From contig OZ024746.1 of NCBI GenBank assembly GCA_964016885.1, positions 34,162,001-34,226,000 of the forward strand: 64,000 nt of DNA. Reading direction: 5' to 3'. This DNA comes from Eledone cirrhosa (Eukaryota). The notes under the pieces were generated by a model that saw nothing but the letters and a program-made list of their open reading frames with translations, was not told the DNA's origin and made no database searches. Shown here in pieces: positions 15,260 through 28,950 of the stretch (position 1 is its first letter; each line of letters opens with the position of its first letter). The position numbers and the translations under genes are program-made.

Positions 15260-15445
15260 AATTGTTTCTAATTTAGGCACAAGGCCAGCAATTAACCAGT
15301 GCAAAACTGGTACTTTATTTTATCTACGCCGTAAGGATGAAAGACAAAGTCAACCTCGGCAGGAATTGAACTCAGATCGTAAAGGGACGTAACTATGATG
15401 GAAAGCATGGCGTCCGACCCTCCACCGATACTGCGAATCCACCGC
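15260..15445 (-). mobile_element. tRNA-derived SINE (family 1) nested in the HHR array
   Basis: Full-length family 1 sequence. Confidence 0.9.
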
Positions 15446-15712
15446 TCGGTGTATATGTGTGTGCATGTATGTATATATATATACATACTACTGTACGTCT
15501 GTATACATATATGTATGTACGTATACATACTTATATTTAAGTAACAGCCGTACTAACAGTGAGAAATGAAATTTCGTTTCATTTTTTCCGTTTATCGTTT
15601 TCGGTATCCCGGCCGATTAACTCACTCGATATGTAAATTAGGCTGCTCGGCCGTTAATATGCATAAGGAAAGTATATACTTTCAGACGTTCAATCATCTG
15701 GCAGGAAGGTAT

Positions 15713-15755
15713 ACATTGCTGACGATTGCTAATAAGCTTGAAACTAGTACAGCGT
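15713..15755 (+). ncRNA. Minimal type-I hammerhead ribozyme, core intact
   Basis: ACAUUG-CUGACGA-UUGCUAAUAAGCUU-GAAA-CUAG-UA-CAGCGU; one stem I mismatch. Confidence 0.8.
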
Positions 15756-16137
15756 TCCTTTGCCAGTGTTGAAAAAATGAGTAACGATGGTTGCTAGACA
15801 CTGTACGGCTTAATTCGGGATGTTTGTTTACAAACACACCGACTATTATAATAAATGTTCGGTGAATCCATATGTACATGTATATGTGTGTGCATGTATG
15901 TATATATACATACTACTGTACGTCTGTATACATATATGTATGTACGTATACATACTTATATTTAAGTAACAGCTGTACTAAGGATGAGAAATGACATTTT
16001 GTTTCATTGTTTCCGTTTATTGTTTTCGGTACACCGGCCGATTAACTCACTCGATATGCAAATTAGGCTGCTCAGCCGTTAATATGCATAAGGAAAGTAT
16101 ATACTTTCAGACATTCAATCATCTGACAGGAAGGTAT

Positions 16138-16180
16138 ACGTTGCTAACGATAGCTAATAAGCTTGAAACTATTACAGCGT
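16138..16180 (+). ncRNA. Hammerhead ribozyme copy with a mutated core
   Basis: ACGUUG-CUAACGA-...-GAAA-CUAU-UA-CAGCGU; G5A in the core and a broken stem III palindrome. Confidence 0.7.
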
Positions 16181-18771
16181 TCCTTTGTCAGTGTTGAACA
16201 AATGAGCAACAATAGTTGCTAGACACTGTACGGCTTAATTCGGGATGTTTGTTTACAAACACACCGAGTATTATAATAAATGTTCGGTGAATCCATACGT
16301 ACATGTATATGTGTGTGCATGTATATATTACATATATACTACTGTACGTCTGTATACATATATGTATGTACGTATACATACTTATATTTAAGTAACAGCC
16401 GTACTAAGAGTGAGAAATGAAATTTCGTTTCATTTTTTCCGTTTATTCTAATTTTATTTCAGTGAAAAAAAACAAAAATTTGCGGTCATAGTTATGGAAA
16501 TTGACAACCTGGTTTCACACAGGTACATCTTTATGAACAATATAAAATTATACGCTGGAAATGTTCATCATGTTTTGTGTATCCAGCTGTGCGAAAATAT
16601 TACAAAGCCCTTTACAATGCCAGAAATTAGCATGACAAAAAGAAGGCTGTGAATTTACAGATATTTAATATACCATAAATGGGAAAACTAAATGGGTAAC
16701 GTATTCTACATGATAGAATCGTTTGTGAATGTATGATAGGAATAATGTTTGTGCTTAATATATGTGCGAAAGTAAAAACCAGGTGAATAATTTCACAGAA
16801 TGATCTAATAAATACTAGTCTCTCAGTATTAAAATTGCGAAAGTATCACGAATATCATTTACACAAAACCGATTACTGTAACACGTCCAGAAAGAAATTC
16901 TGCAGTTTTCGATTGGAAGGGGACGGTTAATTACGCAATAAAACACATAAAATTTAATAAGCTTGTATAAAACGTAGCCACACACTGCCCAATAAATCTG
17001 GCATATAATGATAGTACAATTCAGGAGAAAAATGTACCATAGCACTATTGAATCACACGTTTGTTATTGCTTAGCCCAACGTGAGACAAGATCTCTCAAA
17101 TGAATAATAAAATATATTTATCTGTGAAACCAGCTCATTTATTCAGACACCATAATAATTTCAATGAAATTAATTGTCTAACTTACAGATCACACTATGT
17201 AATCTAGATTTCAATGTTAGGAATATTTTGTGGTATAATCAGCTCATATATATTTATTTTATATTAGTGTCTTGAGTGAATGCGTGAATGCATCCTTTTA
17301 TATTTTTCATCCTAACTTAATCCATTATATCCCCAACTAAAGGGTTATATTGATATAACTGACATAACTTTGATAATCAAATAATATAATTGTTCATAAA
17401 GTAGGTAGGCTTACATTAACTAGTCTTTCGTTTTCGAAGATGGTATGATATATTATAAGATAGTTATTACCTGTTCACCGTCGCCATTAAAGCACTTCAC
17501 TTAGAACATGTTTAGTCCATGCTAGATGATAAGGGATAATTAGACTAAGCCATATTAGTGTTAAATGGGAAACATTTAGGGATTCATATTGTGCTCTCTC
17601 CATCACTGGAACTGTAAAGAATGTATTTTTATGTATTTGATCGATCCTTGGGATGTCAATTATTATACACAATGGAAGGGACATCCTGTCTTCTGTGAGA
17701 CTACTTAAATAATTATTGCTCCACAAGAAATAATTATATGCCGCATCGTAACTGAATTGTTATACAAAGGCATACAAAGAACAAACGATACTGAACAATG
17801 ATACAAAACAAACGAATAGTTTTTCAACTTTAGATCTTTACTCAAAAACATATGCATTGCATGTATTGGAAAACAAACATTAACGATTCCTCATAAATAA
17901 AATTGTTGGTACTAATGTTTTTCAAGGGAAATTTAATTGGATAATCAAAAGAGTTGAGTCCATAAATAACGCATACAGATTCATATAAAAATGGGAGATT
18001 ATAGCTGTCTTGGTACTCCATTTCATACGCATCATACTTAACAGGAACATTCACACTCACACATAGTCACAAACACACACGTATATACACACATATATGT
18101 ATATAGATAAAGAGATAACGAGATAAAGATAAGGATAGATTTAAATATATATATATAGGTAGGTTAATGGGGGATAGTTACATATATATATATATATATA
18201 TATGTGTAGGAGGGGAGTTTTATTGTAGTACAATAAAGCAATGCAGATATCGGATAAGAAGCACTCTACAGTTTGTAGGACTGGAGTATATATAATATAT
18301 AAGAACAAAAGATGGTTAAAAGAGTTCCATGCATTTTATTATGCGCATTTCAAAAACAAATATCATCATGCAATAATATTTGTGTTTCCATCAGATAAAA
18401 CAGGAAGACATGATATGAAGGTTAAAAAACACTTGTGGATAGTGCAGTTTTAAATCAACATATGAAAAGTAGTTTTAGATTGATGTGTGATATTTGGAAA
18501 AAATATATATATATTTTGAGGGGGGTGGGGTGGAAAGGATGAAAAAGAGGAGGAGATGAGAGTAAAAAGTGGAGAGGGAGGAGTATAATAAGGAAGGATG
18601 AGATAGGAGGAGAGATGGGTGATAGAGAGAGGGAGAGATAGCTTTTATAACTGAGAAAGATATATTGTTTTACATAGAGAGGTTGAAAACCGTTGGAAGA
18701 TAATGTACGAATTAAAAGAATTTGAAAATTAACGAAGAGAAAAATAATGTAAAGTTAAGGTTTGTATATTG

Positions 18772-18939
18772 AAGGGTTTAATAATATGTGCGATGAAAAG
18801 AAAATGTTAATATGTATTAAAAATAATATTTAAGGGTTTAATAATATGTGCTATGGAAAGAAAAAGTTAATATGTATTAAGAATAATATTTAAGGGTTTA
18901 ATAATATGTGCGATGGAAAGAAAATGTTGATATGTATTA
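18772..18939. repeat. 60-bp tandem repeat, about 3 copies
   Basis: AAGGGTTTAATAATATGTGC... recurs at 60-bp spacing. Confidence 0.85.
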
Positions 18940-19383
18940 TTAAAAAGAACAGCAGGTAATTTAAGTAAGGATATATTGTGAGATGAGCATGAATGAGTTA
19001 GATGAAAGGGAGAAAAGAATAATGAATTGAGGATGAATAATCTAACGTCAACAAAAATGTTTATGTTTACGAAGGATTTTTACAAGGTGATATAGAGTAA
19101 GAATGCATTTTATTATGTAATAATTGTTTCTATGTTAGGCAACAGTGAGAAAAGGTACAGATTAGGGGTTAGACATTAAAAGAAAAAGAGAGGAAGGGGA
19201 AGTGATAACTAGGAGCGATATAGAATGAGTAACAAGTATTATAGAATGAGTAACAAGTATTATATAATGTATAATAAAAACTTTGGAATAAGGTAGAAAG
19301 ATGGGTATATTTTTAAAGAAGTGTATATATATATATGTGTGTGCCTTTGAGAAAAAGATTCTAAATTAATAAAGTTTTGGATA

Positions 19384-19830
19384 TTAGCTGTATACTTTGT
19401 GGAATGTTTTGTGGAATTTATGCAAGCAGATAGAAAACAAGTCAGTGCATCTATTTATTATAGAATCTAAATTAGATATAATGGTAAATTTTTCATTTAG
19501 ACAGAGATTGCAAATCTTGGATAGAGAACTGTTCAAGTATGTAGACGCAGAAGAAACCTTCTTCCAAAAGATGCTATATTTAATATGTTTGTCTTTCAAG
19601 GACCATATGAGTTCTGAGAGAGCCCTGTTGGTTCTTTTAAGTTTGTATTTAAAAGACGAATGATGGTTATAAAGACGAGCTTTGAAGGAGGTGGAAGTGG
19701 AGCCAAAATAGGTGAAGGAATTGGTGTCAGTTATAACTTTATATTCGTAAATTAAGTTTTTATCAAGACAATGGTTATTTTATCAAATAAATGTCCCCTC
19801 AACAACCATTGTCTTGATAATATATGTGTG
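19384..19830 (-). pseudogene. PLE GIY-YIG endonuclease remnant
   Basis: TYFGSTSTSFKARLYNHHSSFK...LSELIWSLKDK...CNLCLNEKFTI...DLFSICLHK. Confidence 0.8.
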
Positions 19831-20196
19831 GGGGGTGAGTGATGATAGTGAGCGACAGAGATAGCGGTGAATAGGGGTGACATGGCAAAAATATAGAGAG
19901 ACGAAGAAAACATTTGAGTATATTTTAGAAAGTGGTGTACGTTATTTGATGTTGGATTTGAACGATTAGAAAGATATTTCATATTGATTTGAGAAGCCTG
20001 TGGTGCTACCGACGAAGAAAAAAGCAGTAACTGTTTATGAAATCTACATTTTGACTCTACAAATATATATCTGGTTATTTCTTATAATCTTAGTTAAGTG
20101 TACGCTTTTACGACTTTCACAAACCTATCAAACAATGGCGTACGTATATATATCTATCTATCCATCTATCTATCTATATATCTATCTATCTATCTC

Positions 20197-21155
20197 TGGC
20201 ACACCGAGTGTGCCCAGGCGCTCACGGCTCTCTGGCAGGCGGACCCGGCTGTCAGTGGAGAACCCACCTCGTCATTCTATAGAGGGCTGGTGGTTAGCAG
20301 GTGCGACGACGCCCTCGGAGAAGCCCTAGGCATGGAGGAAGACGAACTGGCCAACCTGTTCGTTAGGACATTCAGCCCGGAACCCATGGATAATTTCCAG
20401 AGGTCCCTGCCCTGGCAGTGCTACCGAGGGGCTCTGCCCGTTCGAGAAAGGCTCTGCAGACACGGGCGCCCGGGTAGGGACCCCTCGAAAAAGATCTGTC
20501 CCAGATGCGTGTGCGACGAGGAAACGGTTGCACACGCATTGGTACACTGCTCGGGCATTGCCGATCTGTTGGGCTATGTCGAACAACTGGTGTCAAGGGT
20601 GGGACCGATCCGGTTGACCACCAATTCTATTGTAACGATCAAGCCGCCTCCCCTCTTCAAAAACGGTGTTTCTGTGCGTAATAGCCATGGCGAAAGAGGT
20701 TGTATGGTGGACACGTCTGAAAGGACTGAAGTCAGACACCTTTCTCTCTGGCCAACAACTGGTCCGTTTCTTTCGATATCATTTCGGAAGAAGGATCAGG
20801 ATGGAGAGAGAGGTGCTGCACCCCAGCCGTTTTTATGAAAGATGGGTGAAAGTGGCGAGAATGGCTCGCGTGAATGGGCCTTTACTCTACATCAGACTAT
20901 AGGTGAGGAAGATGAAAGACCAAGGGAGCACCCCCTCTCTGTGCTCCTGAGGAGAAGGGTTGCACACTTTTGTTTGGGAGGGGGGTGCGACCCCCTAAGG
21001 CGCCTCCTCCCTGTTGAGGATTTTGTTACATTTTATTTTATTTTTATACTTTTATATCTTGTTATTTCCTCCTCCATATTGAGGACGCCTTTGCATGTAA
21101 ACTCCCCCTTTGTACTTGTCCTACTCTTGATGCCCTGGTGGCAAATAAAAAGAAA
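20197..21155 (+). mobile_element. 5'-truncated Tx1/L1-clade LINE in a (TATC)n tract
   Basis: zf-RVT-like CPRC..DEETVAHALVHC, homologous to the ORF2 C-terminus at 59700-60384; ends AATAAAAAGAAA. Confidence 0.85.
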
Positions 21156-21223
21156 GTGATCTATCTATCTATCTATCTATCTATCTACTATATATCTAAA
21201 TATATATGTATATATATACATAT

Positions 21224-21340
<117 letters not shown>

Positions 21341-21377
21341 AACACATACCCAAATGTACATATTTATACTTACATGC

Positions 21378-21432
<55 letters not shown>

Positions 21433-21438
21433 TATATG

Positions 21439-21520
<82 letters not shown>

Positions 21521-21991
21521 TGCACATATATATATATATATACACGTGTTTGTGTATGTGTGTGCGTGTGCGTATGTGAGTGTTTGTACGTGTGCGTATG
21601 TTCGTATGTGTGTATAAATTAATTTATACCATACATGATACGGATTTCGATTGAAAGGAAAACATTCGATTTCTTTCAATTATACCGTTTTAGCCTCTTT
21701 TTCATCTTGATAATGTAAAGAGCCATTAGAATTGGACAACGTGAAATGTCAGACACTAAGTTTCTTATTCCCGATTTCAAGTCATATTAAATCTAAATTG
21801 GACATTTAACGTGAAAACCAGTCAGATTTCCATTAATAGAAATCCTAAATTTTATAACTAATCACTTACCAAAACTTTGAATCAGTTTAAAAGTTCAATG
21901 GTTTTGCACACACCCACATGGATGCATCCGAATGCTGAGAGTAAGGGGGAGCGATTTTATTATATTTATTATGCTGGTAATACTGATAAAA

Positions 21992-22175
21992 TAATTGTTT
22001 CTACTATTGACACAAGGCCAACAATTATCCCAGTGTGTTACTGGTACTTTATTTATCGACCCCGTAAGGATGAAAGGTAAAGTTAACCTTGGCGGGATTT
22101 GAACTCAGCCCGTAAAGGGACGTAACTGTGTTGCAAAGCATGGCGCCGACCCTCTACCGATACTGCCAATCCACC
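21992..22175 (-). mobile_element. tRNA-derived SINE (family 1)
   Basis: Full-length family 1 sequence. Confidence 0.9.
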
Positions 22176-22389
22176 ATGGATTCGCACCTATATCATCAAT
22201 GCTCCTATATCATCAAATTTTTACATATAGACGTGGGAAAGTTAAACATTATTCGCACTTTCGCCATAACATATTTTCTTTTGCTTTTTCACTGCTTTAG
22301 CATAAGCGTGCTTATAATTGGTATTAATGTGCTCCCATGTTCGTTTTATTGCTGCTATTACTATGTAAACTTTGCCGGTCAGCCGAGAG

Positions 22390-22555
22390 TGTGCACCAAG
22401 GGGGGGGGGGGGCAAGGATCAGAGATCCGGTTTTTCATGCAGGATGTTGTGTCAATGACTGAAATGCATCGGAGGCTTTTAACACCATACGGCGAGCGTG
22501 GACCACTGTGTAGAAGTGAGTATAAGTGGATCGAGAATTTTAAATGTGAGAGGAA
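22390..22555 (+). pseudogene. Mariner transposase N-terminal HTH fragment
   Basis: IRFF...EMHRRLLTPYGE...YKWIENFKCER fits the mariner IRFL..EIHRRL...YGE...VY.W...FK.GR pattern. Confidence 0.7.
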
Positions 22556-22675
22556 ATGCTTGGCTGGGAGTGCGTATGTGTGTGCTTATGGATGTATAAC
22601 GTAAACTATATTTAAACGCGAAGGGTTAGAGAAATTATTATGCTTTATATGTTCATTCTGTCATTACAAAAGCAG

Positions 22676-22762
22676 TGGTCCGACGAGTTCTTGATTCCAG
22701 AGTCGAGCCAAATCGATACAGATCGAACCTTGAGCTGATCAAAATCGAAACGCGCTTCACCA
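22676..22762 (+). ncRNA. Decayed type-I hammerhead ribozyme with a long stem II
   Basis: UGGU-CCGACGA-~60 nt-GAAA-CGCGCU-UC-ACCA; one core mismatch. Confidence 0.5.
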
Positions 22763-22895
22763 ATCAATAAACGTAGTGAAGACGTAACACTCGTCTTTGC
22801 AATATCATATTTACACTCTGCTTAGCTCCACACCTCGCTACAGAGTTGAATCCAAGCATTGAGTGTTCCCTGGGTGAAACTTCACGTTAAACTCC

Positions 22896-22952
<57 letters not shown>

Positions 22953-22989
22953 TATATAACTTGCTTAGACAGCTTGCTCCCCAAACTAA

Positions 22990-23375
22990 TAATTATTTCT
23001 ACATTTGGCTCAAGGCCCGCAATAACCCAATGCATTACTGGTACTTTATTTTATCGACCCCGTAAGGACGAAAGGCAAAGTTAACCACAGCGGGATTTAA
23101 ACTCAGACCGTAACGGGACGTAACTATGCTGAAAAACCTGGCATCCGACCCTCTACCGATACTGCCAATCCACCGCCCCCAAACTAAAAATTGTTTCTAC
23201 TTTAGGCACAAGGCCAGCAATTATCCAGTACATTACTGGTACTTTATTTTATCGACCCCGTAAGGATGAAAGGCAAAGTTAACCTCGGCGTGATTTGAAC
23301 TCAGACTGTAAAGGGACGGAACTATGCTAGAAAGCATGGCGTCCAACCCTCTACCGATACTGCCAATTCACCGCC
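22990..23375 (-). mobile_element. Two family 1 SINEs in tandem
   Basis: Full copies at about 22990-23176 and 23189-23375. Confidence 0.9.
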
Positions 23376-23603
23376 CTAACTAATAATGCAAGGGAAACAC
23401 CCGCTGAATCACAATATATATTGAGCGAGTTTGTTTATAAATTTGGACTGAATTTTATTATGGATTTAATTGATTTGAGTGTTTAATGTGTTGGTGAGTC
23501 TCCGGAATCTCTTATATGATTAGTGGAATTCGGTGACTCTTCATTATCTCAATTCAATTTCAAATTTATGACCTTCCTCGTTCAGAACCTCGTGAATTTA
23601 TTG

Positions 23604-23665
23604 TGTGTCTTATACAATCGTTAATATCACCTGCGTATAAAACACTCTTGTATTAGTCTATTTAT

Positions 23666-23747
<82 letters not shown>

Positions 23748-23806
23748 AATAGACTAATACAAGAGTGTTTTATACGCAGGTGATATTAACGATTGTATAA
23801 GACACA
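23604..23806. repeat. Inverted repeat with ~65-bp arms centred on (TA)n
   Basis: TGTGTCTTATACAATCG...TATTTATTA(TA)nTAATAAATA...CGATTGTATAAGACACA. Confidence 0.9.
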
Positions 23807-25294
23807 TAATACATTCCTAATTATATCGAGTTCAGGTTTTTTCAGATTCTCAAGCGGACAGGGCAAACCACCCTATGTCAATTAATCAGGATTGTATACA
23901 CATATAATTAAATTTCAATAGGATACAAAATTGCTTTTGCTTTATCATTCCAGATATCATGCAAATATACATTAGACCCATAATTACGATAGTATACTCG
24001 AGTGTTCATATTAATTCTTATATTTAAGGATTTCAGATAAATGTACTATAGTGATAGATTCAACAGATAAGTGACGGAAATATGATTTGAAGTCATTTCG
24101 TTCTTCATGTATTTATATCAAATAACCTTCGTATATTTAATCGTCAATAAAGTATTATACGCGGCATCAGATTAAAGGCACCGCCCTCAAACCCTTCCTT
24201 TCAAGAAAATATATCAATGTGAGCAAACACGTTTGCACAGCATGAGAAAACCAAGTTCAACTGATTTAATTATAACCATTTATATTGAGACTTCTGTTGA
24301 TTTCACATTCCACAGATCTGCAGCCAATAAATGAACGTTTGCCTATAATTTTCAAATATCTATTTATACATCGTCACTTAATTGCTTTTTGTATGTCATT
24401 AAATACAGTAATTCCAATGATTAATATTATTTGGAAATTTATATCTGGTTTCCAAAGAAATAACCAACTGATGAAAATCAACGATACTTCAATAATTGGA
24501 TTATTCAGGATAACCTTTGAATGATATATAACTTTAAATATATTTACTGCTCAATAGAGAAGGGAACCTATAACAAAAAAGCCTTTTAGTAATTACGATC
24601 CAGTTTTTTTAGATGTGTCGACTAGTGTATTATAACGCGCGACCTTCGCTTTACCAATTCTGTAGTTAATGATTTAAGATAGTTCTCCGCGTTACTTAGT
24701 ACAAACAAATCGGCAAGATCGCGGCATTCACATTGGATTACATTAATAAATCCGTTACAACCAGACTAAAATTAAAAGTGAATTTTGCTTTTCTGTAGAA
24801 TGATATATTAGGAACTGAAGAATAATTCAAAATACAAGGTATAAATTTAACAGACGTGTTTCAATTGTGTGTATGAATGAGAATACGGTACATTCCTAAC
24901 CTAAGAAATTCCATAAAAATCCGTGATTCGTACAATGCCACAAACAGTGAACGTTTCCTCTCAGACAAATTATACGTTGGCAAGTGCTATATACGTCAAT
25001 GTTACATTATCACGATTTTCGACTTTTTGGTTTTGATATAAAATCAATTCCATGATAAAGAGGTTAAACGGTTGAAAGAGGAAATATTTTTGAGGAAGGA
25101 ATTTTCTTTATTTTTTTTTTGTTTTTCTAATTTTTATATTACATATATCATGATTACGCTGTAAACAATTATATATGTAATATATATATTACCATCTATG
25201 GTAAATGTTACATCATAGAAATGGTAACCATAGTGAAGCTTCCGTGGTAATATTCAGATGCAGGATCAGTAATTAGATGGAAGATGAGTATATC

Positions 25295-25450
25295 AACCCC
25301 ATTAGTTACCTGCTACTTTATTTCATCTACACGAAAAGGGTGAAGGGTACATTTGATCTCACTGGAACTGAACTCTGAGTTGTATATGTCGGAAAATAAA
25401 ACGAATCTTCTTTTTTAAACCGACACTAAAACTACACTGCCAATTCGCAG
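25295..25450 (-). mobile_element. Old, diverged family 1-like SINE
   Basis: TACTTTATTTCATCTAC..AAAAGGGTGAAGGG..TGAACTC..CTGCCAATTCGC. Confidence 0.55.
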
Positions 25451-27707
25451 CATTGGGTTCCTTTAATAACGTAAGTTCTTACAGTTGGTACATATTCAAT
25501 CCAATATCAATAAACGGTGCTCATACACGAAACAAGATTATCTTGATGCATACAAAAAACTCGTGCAAAAGTATTTATGCAGAAGACTTAAATGCTATTC
25601 AATAGTGTTTAGGTAGACGGTGGCATCACCTCACCTCTGCAGAAAATGCCTCATAATGTAACTTTAGGGGCTGTGGAACAGGCCTGTTAATGCACTTGTG
25701 AACACACGTAAAATATTGGATCGTCACTACTAAAAGGCTTTCTGAAAGGTCTGTTAACGCTTAAATATTTTGTAACCTCTCTCATAAAATATGACTGCTT
25801 AGCACTCAATGAGACATGAAACATTTTGTACTGGATTACAATGTACCAGTTACAGGTTGAACCAGACTTAACATTAATGTTCTCATTAATGATCTTACAT
25901 GATTAAATGTGATTGAAGCTAAAATGTTAGAACAAAGCTGTACATTGGAAGTCTAGATTTTTTGAAAATTAGAGCATCATATATACAGATGTTTTTCATT
26001 TGAAAAGTAACAAAGCAGAATCTTTCGTTCTGTGTTTGTTGAAAACAAATTATTCTATGGGCAATTTCCACCAGGAGACGGTGACATTTATGTCGAGATA
26101 CTTATGTTCAGATTTGTCATGGAAATGTTATTTGGTTATACGACGGCAACTTGATTATATTTTGCGCTGCCATATGGGCGAAGCTTTCGCGATACAAATG
26201 TGATGTTCTACTGTAATCAGTAAATGAGAGGTTGCAGTGTGTTCCAAGGAAACGCGAAGATGAAAATATGAATGATTAAATGGAACATTTGGCTAGCATA
26301 ATGTTATTAGAAAGAAATTATTTTAGAGCGAAATTGACAACTCATAGAATAAACTTTCACTTCGTATCTGATGAAACCAATGCCCTTAAAAGGCGCTTAC
26401 AAACTGCAGGAAAAATAATGACTTCTATTCTAGTGATCAAAGCATTATCGTCTACTACACTACATCGTATTTGAAAGGAAATACGTGCTGTAAATAATGC
26501 GTAGTTCTTGATGAATGCTTCATAATAGATCTTAAATTGAACTGAACCGAAATAATTATGTCGACGTATATGGCAACAGGTTCGTTGGTCCATAGAAATA
26601 TGAGGGCTTCTCTTCTCTAGTTCTGTTATTGTTGCAGACGTAACAAACATCCAGTTCTTCAATAATACTACATACATTTTTCTTCGCATCACAGGTATGA
26701 CATGATTGCCTCTGAATTTAGACTGGTTACGTTATCGCCACTCCAAGATAACATTAATGTCATTGATATGTTATTAGGATAGATGTGCTTTTTGGCTGAC
26801 TACGTCCATCTCCTTTTTCTGGCACAGCCACAAATGTTTGTGAATAAATGATTGAATGAAGGTAAGTTGCACAAACGAATCGATTGCTATAGCGTTGCAG
26901 GATCTGGTGGAGGGAGTTATTTATTGAGCAGATAAAAACAGTAATTGCGGTATTCCCATAGACGATTCAGATCTCATTTCATGCAAGGGAATTTTGATAT
27001 TCAGGAGATGAAGTTCAATACTACGGAACAGCAAACGCGTCTTTGTTGAAGTGAAGCGCAAAAGAAACTGAACACAATTTCTATCCATTCTATCGTACGG
27101 GTAGTAGATCATTACGATTCAACCTAAACAGCGAAACTAAACAACCTATATTTAATAAGGCAGATAAACTGGAAAGGTATGTCCAAGAATATTCTAACAC
27201 AAGAAAACACCAATTCCATCAGCATAGAAATATATTGAACAAACAGATCCTTCCCAGGTCTGAGTATTTCCAATCAATGAAAACATTAACTATCGTCACA
27301 TTGTCTATATTTATAAAGTCATTAAGCTTTTAGAGAGATCATATACACGTTTACATATCAGTCACGTATGCATTCTTCAAATATATAACGACACTTCAAC
27401 CCAAGTAGCATTGTACCTATTCATCAAATTTTTTAACTATATGTAAATAAATCTATTATATATGTATGGTTGTATACATGTATGCATGTATGTATGCATA
27501 TATGTTTCTCTGTATGCATGCAAGTATGTATGTATAGTATATCCCAAGGTTCTCATTGGCAGGTTGAAGGTAGGGTTGATTATCTTCTCTCTACTAAAAT
27601 TCCTCAAACGGATTGCGTCTCATATAGCCTCTGACAACAAAAGCCCGGCTTCGTGTTTTCAACGGTGGAGTTGTTTGGAATTCACAGGGATAACAGGCAA
27701 AGCAAAA

Positions 27708-28950
27708 ATCTACCAAAATATACGGTAGTCTCCAATCCGTATGAAGAACTGTATGTAATCCAAATATCATGAAAATCACAGGAAAACAGAGTCAAGATAA
27801 ATTAGTAAAAACAATGATTAAAAACAAAGAAACAGTTCCTTATATTAAAAAAATTATCATATTACGATCGTTTCTAGGATATGTATGTGTGTGTTGGTAT
27901 GTATATCATATAGATCTATGTACACATTTTACAAACTATCAGAGGGAATATACATACCTACACATATATATGCTGTCTTCAGAAATAATTGTTTCTACTT
28001 TTGGCACAAGGCCAGCAATTATACCAGTGCATTTCTGGTACTTTATTTTATCGACCCCGTAACGATGAAAAGCAAATTTAACCTCGGCGGGATTTGAACT
28101 CAGACAATAAAGGACCATAACTCTATTCTGCAAAGCATGGTGTCCTACGCTCTACCAATTCTGCCAATCCACCACAGAAATAATGATATTTGTTTATTGA
28201 AAAAAAAAAACAAATATTTAATATAATAGGTCTGTTTGCGATCAGGTTTTGAATTGACGAATCGAAAACTAGTAAGTGGTCAAGTTGATAGAATAGTAGT
28301 AGTAGTAGTAGTAGTAGTAGTAGAAATTTAATTTAGGGGTAGAGGAACGCAGACTTCAGTTTTGAATGATAAATCTACTAAAATATACGGTAGTGTCCAA
28401 TCCGTATGAAGAACTCTATGTAATCCAAATATCATGAAAAGAGAAGATGTATTCAAAACTGTTTTCGATTAAAATCACAGGAAAACAGAGTCAGGATAAA
28501 TTAGTAAAAACAATGAATAAAAACAAAGAAACAGTTCCTTATATTAAAAAAATTCATCATTTTACGATCGTTTCTAGGATATATATGTGTGTGTTGGTAT
28601 GTATATCATATAGATCTATTTAAACATTTTACAAACTATCAGAGGGGATATACATACCTACGTATATATATGCTGTCTTCAGAAATAATTGTTTCTACGT
28701 TTAGCACTAGGGCAGCAATTATCCCAATGCATTACTGGTACATTATTTTATCGACCCCGAAGGGATGATAAGCAAAGTTAACCTTGGTGGGATTTGAACT
28801 CAGACCAACAAAGATTTATATAAAAAGTCTGTTTGGGAACAGGTTTTGAATTGACCAATAGAAAAGTGGTAAGTGGTCAAGTTGATAGAATAGTAGTAGT
28901 AGAAATTTACTTAAGGGTGAGAGGGATGCAGACTTCAGTTTTGAATGGAA
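27708..28950. repeat. Imperfect tandem duplication (two units of about 0.6 kb), each containing a family 1 SINE
   Basis: AAATATACGGTAGT.TCCAATCCGTATGAAGAAC occurs at about 27715 and 28382; SINE full-length at about 27987-28174, truncated at about 28686-28805. Confidence 0.85.

Larger units (their letters stand above)
14748..16441. mobile_element. Retrozyme-like array of 425-bp HHR-containing units (~1.2 inverted plus ~2.3 tandem) with a 15-bp TSD
   Basis: HHRs at 15713 and 16138 give the 425-bp period; TTTATTCTAATTTTA occurs at 14733-14747 and 16442-16456. Confidence 0.85.

Noticed and set aside
14901-16197. Three near-identical 68-aa ORFs (MKFRFIFSVY...)
   Set aside because: By-product of the repeated HHR unit; no recognisable domain, although translation from a circular RNA is not excluded
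18772-18939. CRISPR-like periodicity
   Set aside because: Contiguous tandem repeat with no unique spacers, in a eukaryotic context
25500-27300. Non-repetitive stretch with several short ORFs
   Set aside because: No recognisable motif or consistent splice pattern; possibly ancient decayed sequence
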